Positions 8,693 through 18,330 of a stretch of DNA of 29,851 nucleotides are shown one piece after another. Location of the stretch: positions 1 to 29,851 of the forward strand of contig JBAXJR010000028.1 in the NCBI GenBank assembly GCA_037137755.1, read 5' to 3'. This DNA is from Methanomicrobiales archaeon. Its GTDB lineage: Archaea; Halobacteriota; Methanomicrobia; Methanomicrobiales; Methanospirillaceae. The notes beneath the pieces were generated by a model that saw only the letters and a program-made list of their open reading frames with translations, was not told the DNA's origin and made no database searches. The position numbers and the translations under genes were made by a program. Within the stretch, counting starts at the first letter, position 1, and each line of letters starts with the position of its first letter.

Positions 8693-9127
8693 TTACAGGC
8701 GGTTTATAGACAAATTTGCCGCTGTATGCTGCCTTTTGAGTTTTATGGCGTGAATTAAACGTAATGTTTTTTTGTGGTCCTTTGCATAACTTTTCAAATC
8801 TTCTTTGTCGATTGAACCATCCTTCACTTTCACACGGAGTTCGCGTGCGAATGCCTTCATGGCAGACTGGAACCGGTCCTTATCAGATGCCAGAACTGCG
8901 GCCTTTGCATCAGATAGTGCTGCGTTTAAGGAGTCGACGTCGTACCCCTTTCCGGAAATGTACGCAGTCAGGTTTGAAGCCCTGTCCGGTAACCCGGGCA
9001 TACGGATACCATTTCCATCACCATTCAGAGGTTTACTTTTTAAACCCTGGTCCGTTGGCGACGCTAGTACGGGTGCTGCAATCACCGCCAGAAAGCAGAT
9101 GATCACTGCTACCCCTATAATTCTCAT
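8693..9127 (-). CDS. secreted helical hypothetical protein
   Basis: Signal peptide MRIIGVAVIICFLAVIAAPVLA, an Ala/Lys-rich helical body and GAGGTGA upstream. Confidence 0.75.
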   Translation of the reverse strand: MRIIGVAVIICFLAVIAAPVLASPTDQGLKSKPLNGDGNGIRMPGLPDRASNLTAYISGKGYDVDSLNAALSDAKAAVLASDKDRFQSAMKAFARELRVKVKDGSIDKEDLKSYAKDHKKTLRLIHAIKLKRQHTAANLSINRL

Positions 9128-9184
9128 GATATGATTCGATATGTTCTCACCTCATAACGGAGTATCCACGCAGGGACACAGCCG

Positions 9185-9223
9185 ATGTAAAGTATATTTT
9201 ACATTTTGTTAGAAATACTTTAC
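9185..9223. promoter_or_regulatory. palindromic operator candidate, copy 1, plus degenerate tandem copy
   Basis: ATGTAAAGTATATTTTACAT (9185-9204), followed by TGTTAGAAATACTTTAC (9207-9223), upstream of 8693..9127. Confidence 0.7.
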
Positions 9224-9412
9224 TGTGAAAGGAAAGAGGACCCTTATTTTTTCATTACCATACCCGGGTTTACCAAAGAAAAATACAGGACCCCAAACCA
9301 TCCCGTCTCAAATGGTATGCGGGATTGATCAATGCGTCATCTTTTACTCAGGCCTCATAAAAAGAGCAATCATAATCCAGGCATGGCTGGGAGGTCGTGC
9401 ATTGCCATGACA

Positions 9413-9613
9413 TTATTCGATTGAATCAAGAAGAAACACATCATCTATTCGTACGTTGAAGAATTTGGCAATCCTGGCAGCAAGGATCAGGGAGGGGTCA
9501 TATTTCCCGTTCTCGATAGCGAGGATAGTCTGCCGCGTGACACCGACTTCATTCGCCAATGCCTCCTGAGAGAGGTCGTGCATTGCCCGGTACACTTTAA
9601 TCTTGTTTTTCAT
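9413..9613 (-). CDS. XRE/Cro-family helix-turn-helix transcriptional regulator
   Basis: 66 aa [42 protein letters not shown], a canonical COG1476-type sequence. Confidence 0.95.
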   Translation of the reverse strand: MKNKIKVYRAMHDLSQEALANEVGVTRQTILAIENGKYDPSLILAARIAKFFNVRIDDVFLLDSIE

Positions 9614-9615
9614 CC

Positions 9616-10017
9616 CTAGGCCCCGTATTTCTTGTTATAATAAAGGGACAGTATGACGTACAGGACGATGATCCCGCAGAGAAGGATCAGTAGACGGAAC
9701 CCAAAGATACCCAATGGCCGGTTGAAACGCCGGATCCCCTCGCCCAGTGCATCAATAATGATCCAAAGAGCAAACAGGAAGAGACCGATCCACGTGATTT
9801 GAAGGGTCCGTAACGCGGTAATTTCTGTAATCTTCTGTGTCCGTTCATCCTCTATGACCTCATCAATATACATTTTTGCAAGATATATTCCAAGGATCCC
9901 AAGGACAATTGCAACAATAGAGGGTAGCGGATCAGCTATTTCCACTGACAGCCAGAATATTGCCACCTCAAAAAATGCTACAGCGGCTACACAGAGGTAA
10001 AAAGAATTTCGTTTCAT
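9616..10017 (-). CDS. DUF2178-family membrane protein
   Basis: Four TM segments, a VIEDERT motif and a position directly upstream of the XRE gene. Start is ATG 10017 after GGAAGTGA. Confidence 0.8.
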   Translation of the reverse strand: MKRNSFYLCVAAVAFFEVAIFWLSVEIADPLPSIVAIVLGILGIYLAKMYIDEVIEDERTQKITEITALRTLQITWIGLFLFALWIIIDALGEGIRRFNRPLGIFGFRLLILLCGIIVLYVILSLYYNKKYGA

Positions 10018-10167
10018 GATCACTTCCCAGCCGTTACAATGATGTGCACAGATTCTCATTTGGAATTGACACGCTACAGATATATAACCTGATACCCGGA
10101 TGTTATTCGATCATCCCGGTATTTTCGGTTACCTGATTGGAGGGCATGAATTATCCTGATAATAATT

Positions 10168-11358
10168 CTATTCGCTCCTCAACGCATCAATCGGGTCCAT
10201 GTTCGATGCCTTCCATGCCGGGTACAGCCCTGATACAATACAAACAACTATTCCAATCACCATCCCTTCCGGCACATAAAGGATACTATCCGGCAGGAAG
10301 AAGTAAGCTGTATTGCCAATCATGGCACTCACCACTGAGTACCCGATAACAAGGCTGCATATCCCACCTACCACAGCCCCGATGATGCCTAGGATAAATG
10401 CCTCATACAGGAACATCCTGCGCACCTCGCCTTTTTCAGTGCCGATTGAGAGAAGAATACCAATCTCATGCACCCGTTCGTTGACCGACATCATCATAAC
10501 ATTGAAGATGCTGACGGCAGCGACTACAAGCGAAATGCCACCGATAGCGAGGATAAAGGTCGTAATCGTCCCAAGGGTCTGTGTAATGCTGGTAAGACGG
10601 CTGCTGGCATCACTGATCCTGATAACATCAGTTTTCCGGTTGACTTTATCGTCGATTGCTGCCTCTACTTCGCTGATCGTATCAACGTTTTTGACAATCA
10701 CGTTCACCTGGTCATACACGTCTTTGTCACCATACTGGTTCGTGTACCAGGTATCAGGCACGATAATGGCATTGTCTGTATTTATCCCATCAGAGGCGAA
10801 TCCCCGTGCAGGGAGAATGCCGGAAACACGGATCGTCGGCCGGTTTTCTGTATTGGCTGGACCGATTTTAATCCTGCTCCCAACAACCAGGTTAAAGTTT
10901 GTGGCGATATTCGACCCGACCACTGCGTCATTTGCCCCGCGGGGTATATCCCCCACATTAAGAGTAAGGAACTTTTCGATATCATTGGGTTCCAGGCCAT
11001 AGATCGAACCCCTGCCGTCAGTTGAACCGATAGTAAACTGGGTATTAGTCCGATGTATCGGGATAACCACGTTTGTTCCCGCAGCATTCTTGATATCATT
11101 GAGCTGGCTTTTTGTCACACCCTGCGAGGTAGTAGGTGTCCCGGCAGTTGATGCCGTCCGTACCACATCGGATGAGATCATTACCGTGTTGACATCCGAG
11201 GAGAGCTGCTGTTTCACTGAAAGCTGCATATTGGCCCCGAGCATCCCCATCGAGGAAATTGCAACCACACCGATAACGATTCCGATTGATGCCAGTAGCG
11301 ACCGCATGAAGTTCAGCCGGACACTCCGGACTGACAGGTCGAAGAAGATGTCCCTCAT
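10168..11358 (-). CDS. ABC transporter permease, MacB/FtsX family
   Basis: RSLLASIGIVIGVVAI, a large extracellular domain, SVNERVHEIGILLSIG and YPAWKASNMDPIDALRSE. ATGA overlap with the ATPase gene. Confidence 0.93.
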   Translation of the reverse strand: MRDIFFDLSVRSVRLNFMRSLLASIGIVIGVVAISSMGMLGANMQLSVKQQLSSDVNTVMISSDVVRTASTAGTPTTSQGVTKSQLNDIKNAAGTNVVIPIHRTNTQFTIGSTDGRGSIYGLEPNDIEKFLTLNVGDIPRGANDAVVGSNIATNFNLVVGSRIKIGPANTENRPTIRVSGILPARGFASDGINTDNAIIVPDTWYTNQYGDKDVYDQVNVIVKNVDTISEVEAAIDDKVNRKTDVIRISDASSRLTSITQTLGTITTFILAIGGISLVVAAVSIFNVMMMSVNERVHEIGILLSIGTEKGEVRRMFLYEAFILGIIGAVVGGICSLVIGYSVVSAMIGNTAYFFLPDSILYVPEGMVIGIVVCIVSGLYPAWKASNMDPIDALRSE

Positions 11359-12035
11359 GATGCAACAACCTTCCCGTCATCCAGGAGGATGGTCCTGTGG
11401 GCGTACTCAGCAATTTTCGGGTCATGGGTTACCAGGATGACCGTTTTTCCCTTCTGGTGCAGGTCAACGAGGAGCTCCATGATCTGGAGGCCGGTTTTCC
11501 GATCAAGGTTGCCGGTCGGTTCATCGCAAAGAATAATTTTCGGTTCATTGACCAATGCCCGTGCAATCGCTACTCTTTGCTGTTGTCCACCTGATAACTG
11601 GTTCGGACGGTGGGAACTCATTTCCTCGTCAAACCCAACTGATTTTAGAACTGCAGCTGCCTTGCCGGTAGTATCCCGATGTTTATACCTCAGGATGAGT
11701 GGGTATTCCACATTCTCGTAGGCTGACAGTAAAGGGATAAGGTAAAACTTCTGGAATACATACCCGATCGTATCCCGGCGCATGTGGGTGCGTTCCAGGG
11801 GGGTCATCTGGGCCACGTTTTTCCCATCGATATGGAGCTCACCGGTCGTGGGTACATCAAGAATACCGAGCTGGTTCAGCATGGTGGACTTTCCGGAACC
11901 CGACGGTCCCATGATCGCAACAAATTCGTTTTCCATGATGTCAAGGGATACATGGTTGAGCGCCGTAAAGTCACCACTTTCGAGGTGGTACACTTTCGAG
12001 ACATCCACAAGGCGGATGAGTGGATTTTCGCCCAT
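11355..12035 (-). CDS. ABC transporter ATP-binding protein (LolD/MacB type)
   Basis: Walker A GPSGSGKS, signature LSGGQQQR, Walker B ILCDEPTGNLD and H-loop VTHD. Likely start is ATG 12035 after GAGGGGTGG. Confidence 0.95.
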   Translation of the reverse strand: MGENPLIRLVDVSKVYHLESGDFTALNHVSLDIMENEFVAIMGPSGSGKSTMLNQLGILDVPTTGELHIDGKNVAQMTPLERTHMRRDTIGYVFQKFYLIPLLSAYENVEYPLILRYKHRDTTGKAAAVLKSVGFDEEMSSHRPNQLSGGQQQRVAIARALVNEPKIILCDEPTGNLDRKTGLQIMELLVDLHQKGKTVILVTHDPKIAEYAHRTILLDDGKVVAS

Positions 12036-12046
12036 TTCCACCCCTC

Positions 12047-13351
12047 TCATTTCCTCTTCAGTTTTGAAACTATCCATTTCCGTTTCATCCAGAGGACTAT
12101 CCCGACGACGATAACGATACCCAGTGCAATCACAGGATAGAATGAACTAACGCCTCCACCCCTGCTGCTGCCTCCAAATCCGAAGATTCCCCCGCCACCC
12201 GGTGGACCACCTGCGTTTGTCCTTGTTGCACCGCTTCCCGTGGTCCCACTACTACTGGAACTTCCCGAGCTCCCGGTGCTGCTAACTGAAGAACCCGAGC
12301 TATACCGGAGATCGAGATTTTTTACCGTAGAGAATGAGTTCCCATCCGCGTCTTTCCACTTGATCTGCAACGGCACGTCGGAAAGATCGGTGATCATAAA
12401 GGTAAGGGTGAAACTTGAAAAGTCATCAGAAGCAAGAGATCCAATCGCATAATCTGCATAGGGTTCCACGGGTTTAGCGGGCGTTAGCACGGTCAGGACC
12501 ATGGACTTTGCATCAGTGATACCGGCATTGTTCACATCTCCGGTCAGCTTGTAGGAAGACCCCGCAGATGTGAGTACGATGTTATTGACGATGGGGACAG
12601 CAGCCATCTTATCTTCACCGATATTCAACGGGAGGACTTCGTCAATTGAATGATCATTGTTACCATTATGGTACGTGATATGAAATGTCAGGTCAGATGC
12701 CTGGTCAGGAGTGACCTGGAACGTGGCCATTTGTGAACTGCCTGCAGGTAATGTGGCAATAAATTTCTGACGCGGTGCAATAGTGACACCATTTCCTGAA
12801 GGGGTAATAATAATATCTGTAATTGCACCATTCCGGGAATTGACAAGGCTAAGGTTGATGCTGTCTTTCTTCCCCACTACAAAATTATCGGGCCTGTCTA
12901 CAATGGTGGCATCCAGTTCTTTTGAATCGACCTCGAGCTCAAAGGGGTAGCTGATGCTTCCTGCTTCCACAGTTGAAACGGTAAAGACCGGGAAATATGT
13001 TCCATCTTCACCAGAAACGGTGACCCGGAATGAATAGGTCATAGCAGATCCTGGCCCGAGACGGACATTGGTATTATACGAGCCCCTGTTTGACACTGCG
13101 ATATGTGTTTCAAGAATATCAGGCTGTGAAAGAGTCACCGTCTGGTTACCGGAGTTCATCAGTGTAACCGTAATTGTTCCCGTTTCATAGGGAAAAAACA
13201 CGTCAGGATCCAGCTTTACTGAGGTCACATGGGTCTGGTAAATGCCATCACTGGCGGATACCTGACCCGCCGCAGTTGCCACCGTTGCACATGCAACGAC
13301 ACTGCACGCCAGAATAAGAAGAATAAAGAGATATTTTCGTAAATTTGCCAT
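12047..13351 (-). CDS. S-layer-domain (COG1361-like) membrane-anchored protein
   Basis: Signal peptide, three beta-rich Ig-like modules (IGSLASDDFSSF), a Ser/Gly linker and a C-terminal TM with a basic tail. It is the first gene of the ABC operon. Confidence 0.8.
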   Translation of the reverse strand: MANLRKYLFILLILACSVVACATVATAAGQVSASDGIYQTHVTSVKLDPDVFFPYETGTITVTLMNSGNQTVTLSQPDILETHIAVSNRGSYNTNVRLGPGSAMTYSFRVTVSGEDGTYFPVFTVSTVEAGSISYPFELEVDSKELDATIVDRPDNFVVGKKDSINLSLVNSRNGAITDIIITPSGNGVTIAPRQKFIATLPAGSSQMATFQVTPDQASDLTFHITYHNGNNDHSIDEVLPLNIGEDKMAAVPIVNNIVLTSAGSSYKLTGDVNNAGITDAKSMVLTVLTPAKPVEPYADYAIGSLASDDFSSFTLTFMITDLSDVPLQIKWKDADGNSFSTVKNLDLRYSSGSSVSSTGSSGSSSSSGTTGSGATRTNAGGPPGGGGIFGFGGSSRGGGVSSFYPVIALGIVIVVGIVLWMKRKWIVSKLKRK

Positions 13352-13417
13352 CAAAGCACACCTTTTTTGTTATTATCGATCACCAGGTTAATTTCGCCTG
13401 GACTGGAATGAAACAAT

Positions 13418-13444
13418 ATGTAAAGTATATTTTACATTATGTTA
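13418..13444. promoter_or_regulatory. palindromic operator candidate, copy 2
   Basis: ATGTAAAGTATATTTTACATTATGTTA, 26/27 identical to 9185-9211, about 67 bp upstream of the operon start. Confidence 0.75.
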
Positions 13445-13761
13445 TTTAAAAATACCTTCGTTTCTAAGTAACATTCCTGCTTTCGCACACCATCTCCAGG
13501 GCCCGATGGACCTTTTCCCTTGCAAGAAGACCCCCGTGATTAGCGGATTGATCCCTTCAAATCCCGGGATTTTATACTGGAACACCGGCTGATCCGCATC
13601 TTCTGCACCCTTCCAATGGCTCTAATGCAGTACAGGCACGATGGAATGTCAAGGCTGAGCAGTACCCGGTGCCCTGGATAGTATTCCCCAACACCTTCCC
13701 GGGATCCCTGTTACCCCGATACCCTTATCCACCTGTCATCCCTACAATTGTTCGATAGTCC

Positions 13762-14370
13762 ATGCAGAGTGAGCACTTCCCCCGGATGACACCGTTTAAA
13801 CCCTCTGAAAAGATGGTCACCTGGTTTATTGTTGATTTCTTCTTTCTTTTATTGTTGATCATGGTCTGTTTTGTTGCTCCGGTCGCATTAATACCGGATG
13901 TCCCATTGTTGGCAGATGCCATACTGACAGGAATCATTCTGGTTATCGTGGTGTTGTATCTCATCTGGGTAAAAATGTACTACGACAGCATGTGGTACGA
14001 GCTCCACGATGATGAGATGAGATGGAGACGCGGGGTTGTTTTCCGCAGTACCGGTATCGTGCCCTATAATCGGATCACCAACATTGACATCAAGCAGGGG
14101 CCGGTAATGAGGGCACTTGGCATATCTACGGTCTCTATCCAGACCGCAGGATATTCCGGTGCAGCTGCACCGGAGATCCGGATCGAAGCGATAGTATTTG
14201 CTGACGAGCTCAGGGAATTAATCCGTAACCTTGTGCGGAGCTGTTCCGCAGGGGGGGACGGCACCGGGACCGGGAAGCATAACCTCCAGGCCCCGGCATC
14301 ATCAGTTCACCAGCAGATGTTGGAAGAACTGAAAACTATCCATGCACTTCTCGAGAGGCAGTTGGAATAA
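13762..14370 (+). CDS. bacterial PH-domain (bPH_2/YdbS-like) membrane protein
   Basis: Two N-terminal TMs, then YEL...RRGVVFR...VPYNRITNIDIKQGPVMRALGISTVSIQTAG. Confidence 0.85.
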   Translation: MQSEHFPRMTPFKPSEKMVTWFIVDFFFLLLLIMVCFVAPVALIPDVPLLADAILTGIILVIVVLYLIWVKMYYDSMWYELHDDEMRWRRGVVFRSTGIVPYNRITNIDIKQGPVMRALGISTVSIQTAGYSGAAAPEIRIEAIVFADELRELIRNLVRSCSAGGDGTGTGKHNLQAPASSVHQQMLEELKTIHALLERQLE

Positions 14371-14446
14371 TTTTTCGTTACACCGGTAGCATCTGTCAGG
14401 ATGCTTCAACCGGATGCCGCTTTTTTCTCTCCCAAAAACCGATCTC

Positions 14447-15904
14447 TCATTCAACTATGACCCTTTTGTTTGAACGCTGGAGAGAGGCGTAGATCCCGAT
14501 TACACAAAGGACCGTGAAAAGGACAAAGGCATATTGAACACTCCGGGTAACAGCCGGGTAATATTCAGGTGTGATCTCAACATGGCCAATCACGATTGCA
14601 AAGATCATCGTGGCGATCCCCATCGAGAGCATCTGACCAAGGAGTCTCATGGTGCCGACAATACCCGAGGCCACGCCATAGTATTTCTTCCCGACAGCAC
14701 TCATTATGGCATTTGTATTCGGGGAGGTGAAAAAGCCGAAACCTGCCCCTATGAGTACAAGGGCACCCAGGATGTACAAGAGGGGGGTTGCATCGCCGAT
14801 GAACGCAAGGAGAAAAAGCCCGATGGCTGACAAACCCATGCCAAACGATGCAATCAAGCCGGGATCGATACGGTCTGACAGTTTTCCTGAAAACGGGGAG
14901 ATCACCGCCTGCATAACCGGAGCTGCCACCAGGATAAAACCTGCGTATACAGGAGAGAAACCCCTGGAATACTGGAGGTACAGGCTCAGTAAAAAAGAGA
15001 CCGCAAACGTCGCACTATAATTGATAAGGGCGGCAAGGTTGGAATATGCAAAGACCCTGCTACCGGTGAAGAGCCTCGTTTCCAGTACCGGGAACTCACT
15101 CCGGTGCTCGTAGCGGAAAAATATGGCTGCACATATCACTCCGGATATGATAAGCATCACACCGGTGAGCCCGGGGAGGGTTGTGAAACCAAGCATTACT
15201 GCAACAATTGAGATGGCGTACATCACTGAACCCGCGACATCAAACGGTTCTCCCCTGCAGTCTGCCCATTCTCCTTTCAGTTTCCAGAGCACGAGTAAGA
15301 CGGCTATTATGCTGATCGGGACGTTGATATAAAAAATGCTCCGCCAGCCAAAATGCTCGGTCAGGAGGCCACCCAGAAACGGCCCGGTTGAAAGCCCGAT
15401 ATAAACGGCAGTAATGTAGATACCAAGCACTTTGCCACGTTCACCCGGTGGAAATACCGAGGTAAGGATGGCTACGGCAGTACCAAAGATCATGGAGCTC
15501 CCGATCCCCTGGAGGACTCTTACCACGATGAGCATTCCGGAAGATGCCACAAGTGTCATTACAAACGATGCCGCCGCGAAGATTACGATCCCGATAAGGA
15601 AGATTTTTTTCCTCCCGTAAATATCTGCAATTTTTCCAAAAGGAACGAGAAAAATTGCTGATGCGAGCAGGTACGCGGTTGATACCCAGGAAAGTGCGAT
15701 CGCGTCCATGTGAAATTCTGCGCCGATAACAGGGAGGGCAATATTTACCGCAGACCCGTCAAACGGCGTGATAAAGCCAGCAAGGATCGCAATCAGGAGG
15801 ACGACACGTTTCCCGGCCGGGGAAATGACCTGATCAGGGGTCCTGAACAGTCCCGGCCGATCGGGAATAGTGCATGGTGTTTGGATAGCGGTCGTCATTT
15901 CCAA
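14447..15904 (-). CDS. MFS transporter, DHA2 (EmrB/QacA-like) 14-TM family
   Basis: DGSAVNIALPVI, motif A GKIADIYGRKK, FPPGERGKVLG, GPFLGGLLTEHFGWRSIFYINVP and a second motif GKLSDRI. The exact start is uncertain. Confidence 0.93.
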   Translation of the reverse strand: MEMTTAIQTPCTIPDRPGLFRTPDQVISPAGKRVVLLIAILAGFITPFDGSAVNIALPVIGAEFHMDAIALSWVSTAYLLASAIFLVPFGKIADIYGRKKIFLIGIVIFAAASFVMTLVASSGMLIVVRVLQGIGSSMIFGTAVAILTSVFPPGERGKVLGIYITAVYIGLSTGPFLGGLLTEHFGWRSIFYINVPISIIAVLLVLWKLKGEWADCRGEPFDVAGSVMYAISIVAVMLGFTTLPGLTGVMLIISGVICAAIFFRYEHRSEFPVLETRLFTGSRVFAYSNLAALINYSATFAVSFLLSLYLQYSRGFSPVYAGFILVAAPVMQAVISPFSGKLSDRIDPGLIASFGMGLSAIGLFLLAFIGDATPLLYILGALVLIGAGFGFFTSPNTNAIMSAVGKKYYGVASGIVGTMRLLGQMLSMGIATMIFAIVIGHVEITPEYYPAVTRSVQYAFVLFTVLCVIGIYASLQRSNKRVIVE

Positions 15905-16251
15905 CCCTTCAGGTCCAATGTCCCTAGATTATCATCCTGCTGAATTGAATGTATGCCTTGTGAAATGACCCCCGACGGATCACCATAATTCAGGATATCC
16001 ACATCTATCCCGGAAAAGGTACTGGAAGAATCCTTTGAATAGAATGAAACGACCATTCCGTGAACAGGGCGACCATACTGCCATGATACCGGATATCTAT
16101 CGCGTTTGAGTGACCTGGCATCACGTATATTTCAGTCCCGCTATCAGAGTCTCATACCCTGGCGGAGCTCTCCCCCCGCCAGTGCAATGTTTTTAGGTGA
16201 TGCGCAACAAAGTCTATTCCTCATCAGCAGAACAGAACGGAGTGAACAGCT

Positions 16252-16515
16252 ATGCCAGGAAAAACGAAGGTAATCGCATATATTATTGCCTTAACAGCCA
16301 TTACGATTATCGGACTGCAGACGCTGTACCGAAATTTTTATAACACGTATCCCTGGTCTGTCGATGCATTTCACACCGTAAAATACAAGGCAAGCCTTGG
16401 GTTCATCCACCCAGACAGCCTGACATTCTGGATCCTCCTCACGGGATTACTCCTCGCCCTCATTGTCCTGTATTTCTACCCGGTCGAGCAGGAACATAAG
16501 GCAGTGGGCCCATGA
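16252..16515 (+). CDS. small 2-TM hypothetical protein
   Basis: 87 aa with two hydrophobic helices and GGAGTGA upstream. Confidence 0.65.
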   Translation: MPGKTKVIAYIIALTAITIIGLQTLYRNFYNTYPWSVDAFHTVKYKASLGFIHPDSLTFWILLTGLLLALIVLYFYPVEQEHKAVGP

Positions 16516-16746
16516 TAGAGGTCCCATGGGCAAATGTTAACGATATAATAGAAACATAAACAACCCTTTTGAGTGAACCCGCATGGCCCTGTTAAACCGT
16601 GAAACAAAACTGCTGGTATTCCTTACCATTATTGCAATAATCAGTAATACAATTCCTTTTTTCCTGCTCCTGAATTACGGAAAACCGTGAAATACGGATT
16701 TTTCGTCAGAAAAGGTCGCATTCCACCCTGATATGGCCCGGTATTT

Positions 16747-17340
16747 CTACAAGGTACCGGGTAGTGTCTTTTTCGGCCGGACTTGTCTCCGGAGAAGGTA
16801 ATGCAGGTTCTCCCCCGGAGGAACTGATATGAAATAGAGATAGGCAACAGCGGCAAACGAACCGATTGTATGAGCTATGTGGTCACCGATAATGTCCGAT
16901 AATTCGTCGTTGTATAGAATGTGATTCAACACGTCATTCGATACTTCAACGACCTTCCACATACCCCAAAAATAGCCATCCGCAGAAAGATTCCGATAAG
17001 TATTGTTGTTTTCCGGTACCTGGCTCCCCACATATCAAGAAGGAGAGAAAACACTATGATAATCAGGCCAACCGACAGGCCGGAGACAAAATGTGCAACC
17101 TTGTCGAATAAGGGGAACGTGGGCGACCAGTACCACCGCATTACACCGCCTGCAACATGGAGGAACAGGGGAAGGGCAATAATGCTTTTTACGCCGAACG
17201 GCAGGGTGATTTTTAACAGTTTTTCCACCAGCAGCGAGCAAGGGGGGAAATTACCATAACCGCAATAACGGCATACAATCTGGCAGTATCTCCTATCTCA
17301 ATCGCCCATAACACGAGGCCAAAAAAATTACCTCGAATAT
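16747..17340 (-). pseudogene. frameshifted membrane protein (DUF2238/VanZ-like: DK..HF..G ... W...E ... D...D)
   Basis: Three overlapping minus-strand fragments (17213..17410, 16926..17228, 16747..17031) join into one hydrophobic protein via shifts near the G6 run at 17242-17247 and the C4 run at 16964-16967. The 5' end is uncertain. Confidence 0.65.
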
Positions 17341-17473
17341 CAGGAGAATAAGAAAATCCACTTTGTTTTTTTAAAAAAAAAATATTTTGATAACACCATT
17401 TCAACAGCAAAAATGGGTCTTTTTATTGGAAATACTTTATTAAGGAGCGGCTTACCGACACAGGATTACCCGA

Positions 17474-18106
17474 TCAGACCGGCGGGTTATCTTCCATCTG
17501 CTTTGCTGGGCAAAAATTGCAGATTGAATAAAACACTTCTTTTTCCTTGTCCCTAATCAGGCAGTAATAATCACTACCCCTCTGTTCCACGGTGTAACCC
17601 CCGGGAAACGGCATACCTACCGGGTGGCCGGGTTTATCGAGGACAAACATCGTAAACGCAGAAATCAGGTAATAAAAAAGGCGCATCCTGGGATTGCGGA
17701 GACCAGGATTCCTTTCAAACTGGTCATCCCAGGAAAAACAGCCATCAGGGATTATCCTGCAATAATCGCCGAATAACACGGGATCACGCAGGGGCACGGA
17801 GGGTAGGCGGGTTGCTCCCGATCGGTATAACAGGAGCAGGGCATGGTGCATTCCGAAGAGCTGCTCGAGAAAATAGGGACTGATCGCCTCACGGTAGGGA
17901 GAGGGGAGTTTTCTGATCTCATTGTGTAACCGTCCTCCAATCAATTGTAAATCAAAATTTGAATAACGCCCGATTTCTTCTGCAAGGATAGCGAGAAGCT
18001 CATCTTTTGTTGTTGCGGAACTAATCCGGCGGGCAGTATCACAAATGAACGCAGCTTCGCCTGGATACTGGTCCATCAGGAGCGATACGCGGGCATCTGT
18101 ATTCAT
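17474..18106 (-). CDS. DUF2115 (UPF0305) family protein
   Basis: HPVGMPFPGG...YYCLIRDKE...ICNFCPAKQ, characteristic of this methanogen family. Confidence 0.85.
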   Translation of the reverse strand: MNTDARVSLLMDQYPGEAAFICDTARRISSATTKDELLAILAEEIGRYSNFDLQLIGGRLHNEIRKLPSPYREAISPYFLEQLFGMHHALLLLYRSGATRLPSVPLRDPVLFGDYCRIIPDGCFSWDDQFERNPGLRNPRMRLFYYLISAFTMFVLDKPGHPVGMPFPGGYTVEQRGSDYYCLIRDKEKEVFYSICNFCPAKQMEDNPPV

Positions 18107-18330
18107 ACCGGTATACTACTATTTCGTATAGGATGGCGTAAATCCAGCTGATCCTACACGATTCCCGGGTAAAAGCCCGCAACGGTCCCTGTCTGCAATT
18201 ATTCCGAATACATCGTTGTAAAAAAGCAGCAATGGAGGGGAAAGCATTATTTACTACAAACTTCCAGCCGGAATTGGGATAGATCAGGATTAATAGTTTT
18301 CAAAAACGTTTTATCACTTATGTTTGGTTA

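Noticed and set aside
9185-13444. The 27-bp repeats as att sites or IS ends of a mobile element
   Set aside because: There is no integrase or transposase, and both copies sit at promoter distance from start codons with palindromic cores. An operator explains them better.
16159-16182. CTGGCGG/CCGCCAG hairpin
   Set aside because: It is a single 7-bp stem with no second copy or supporting context.
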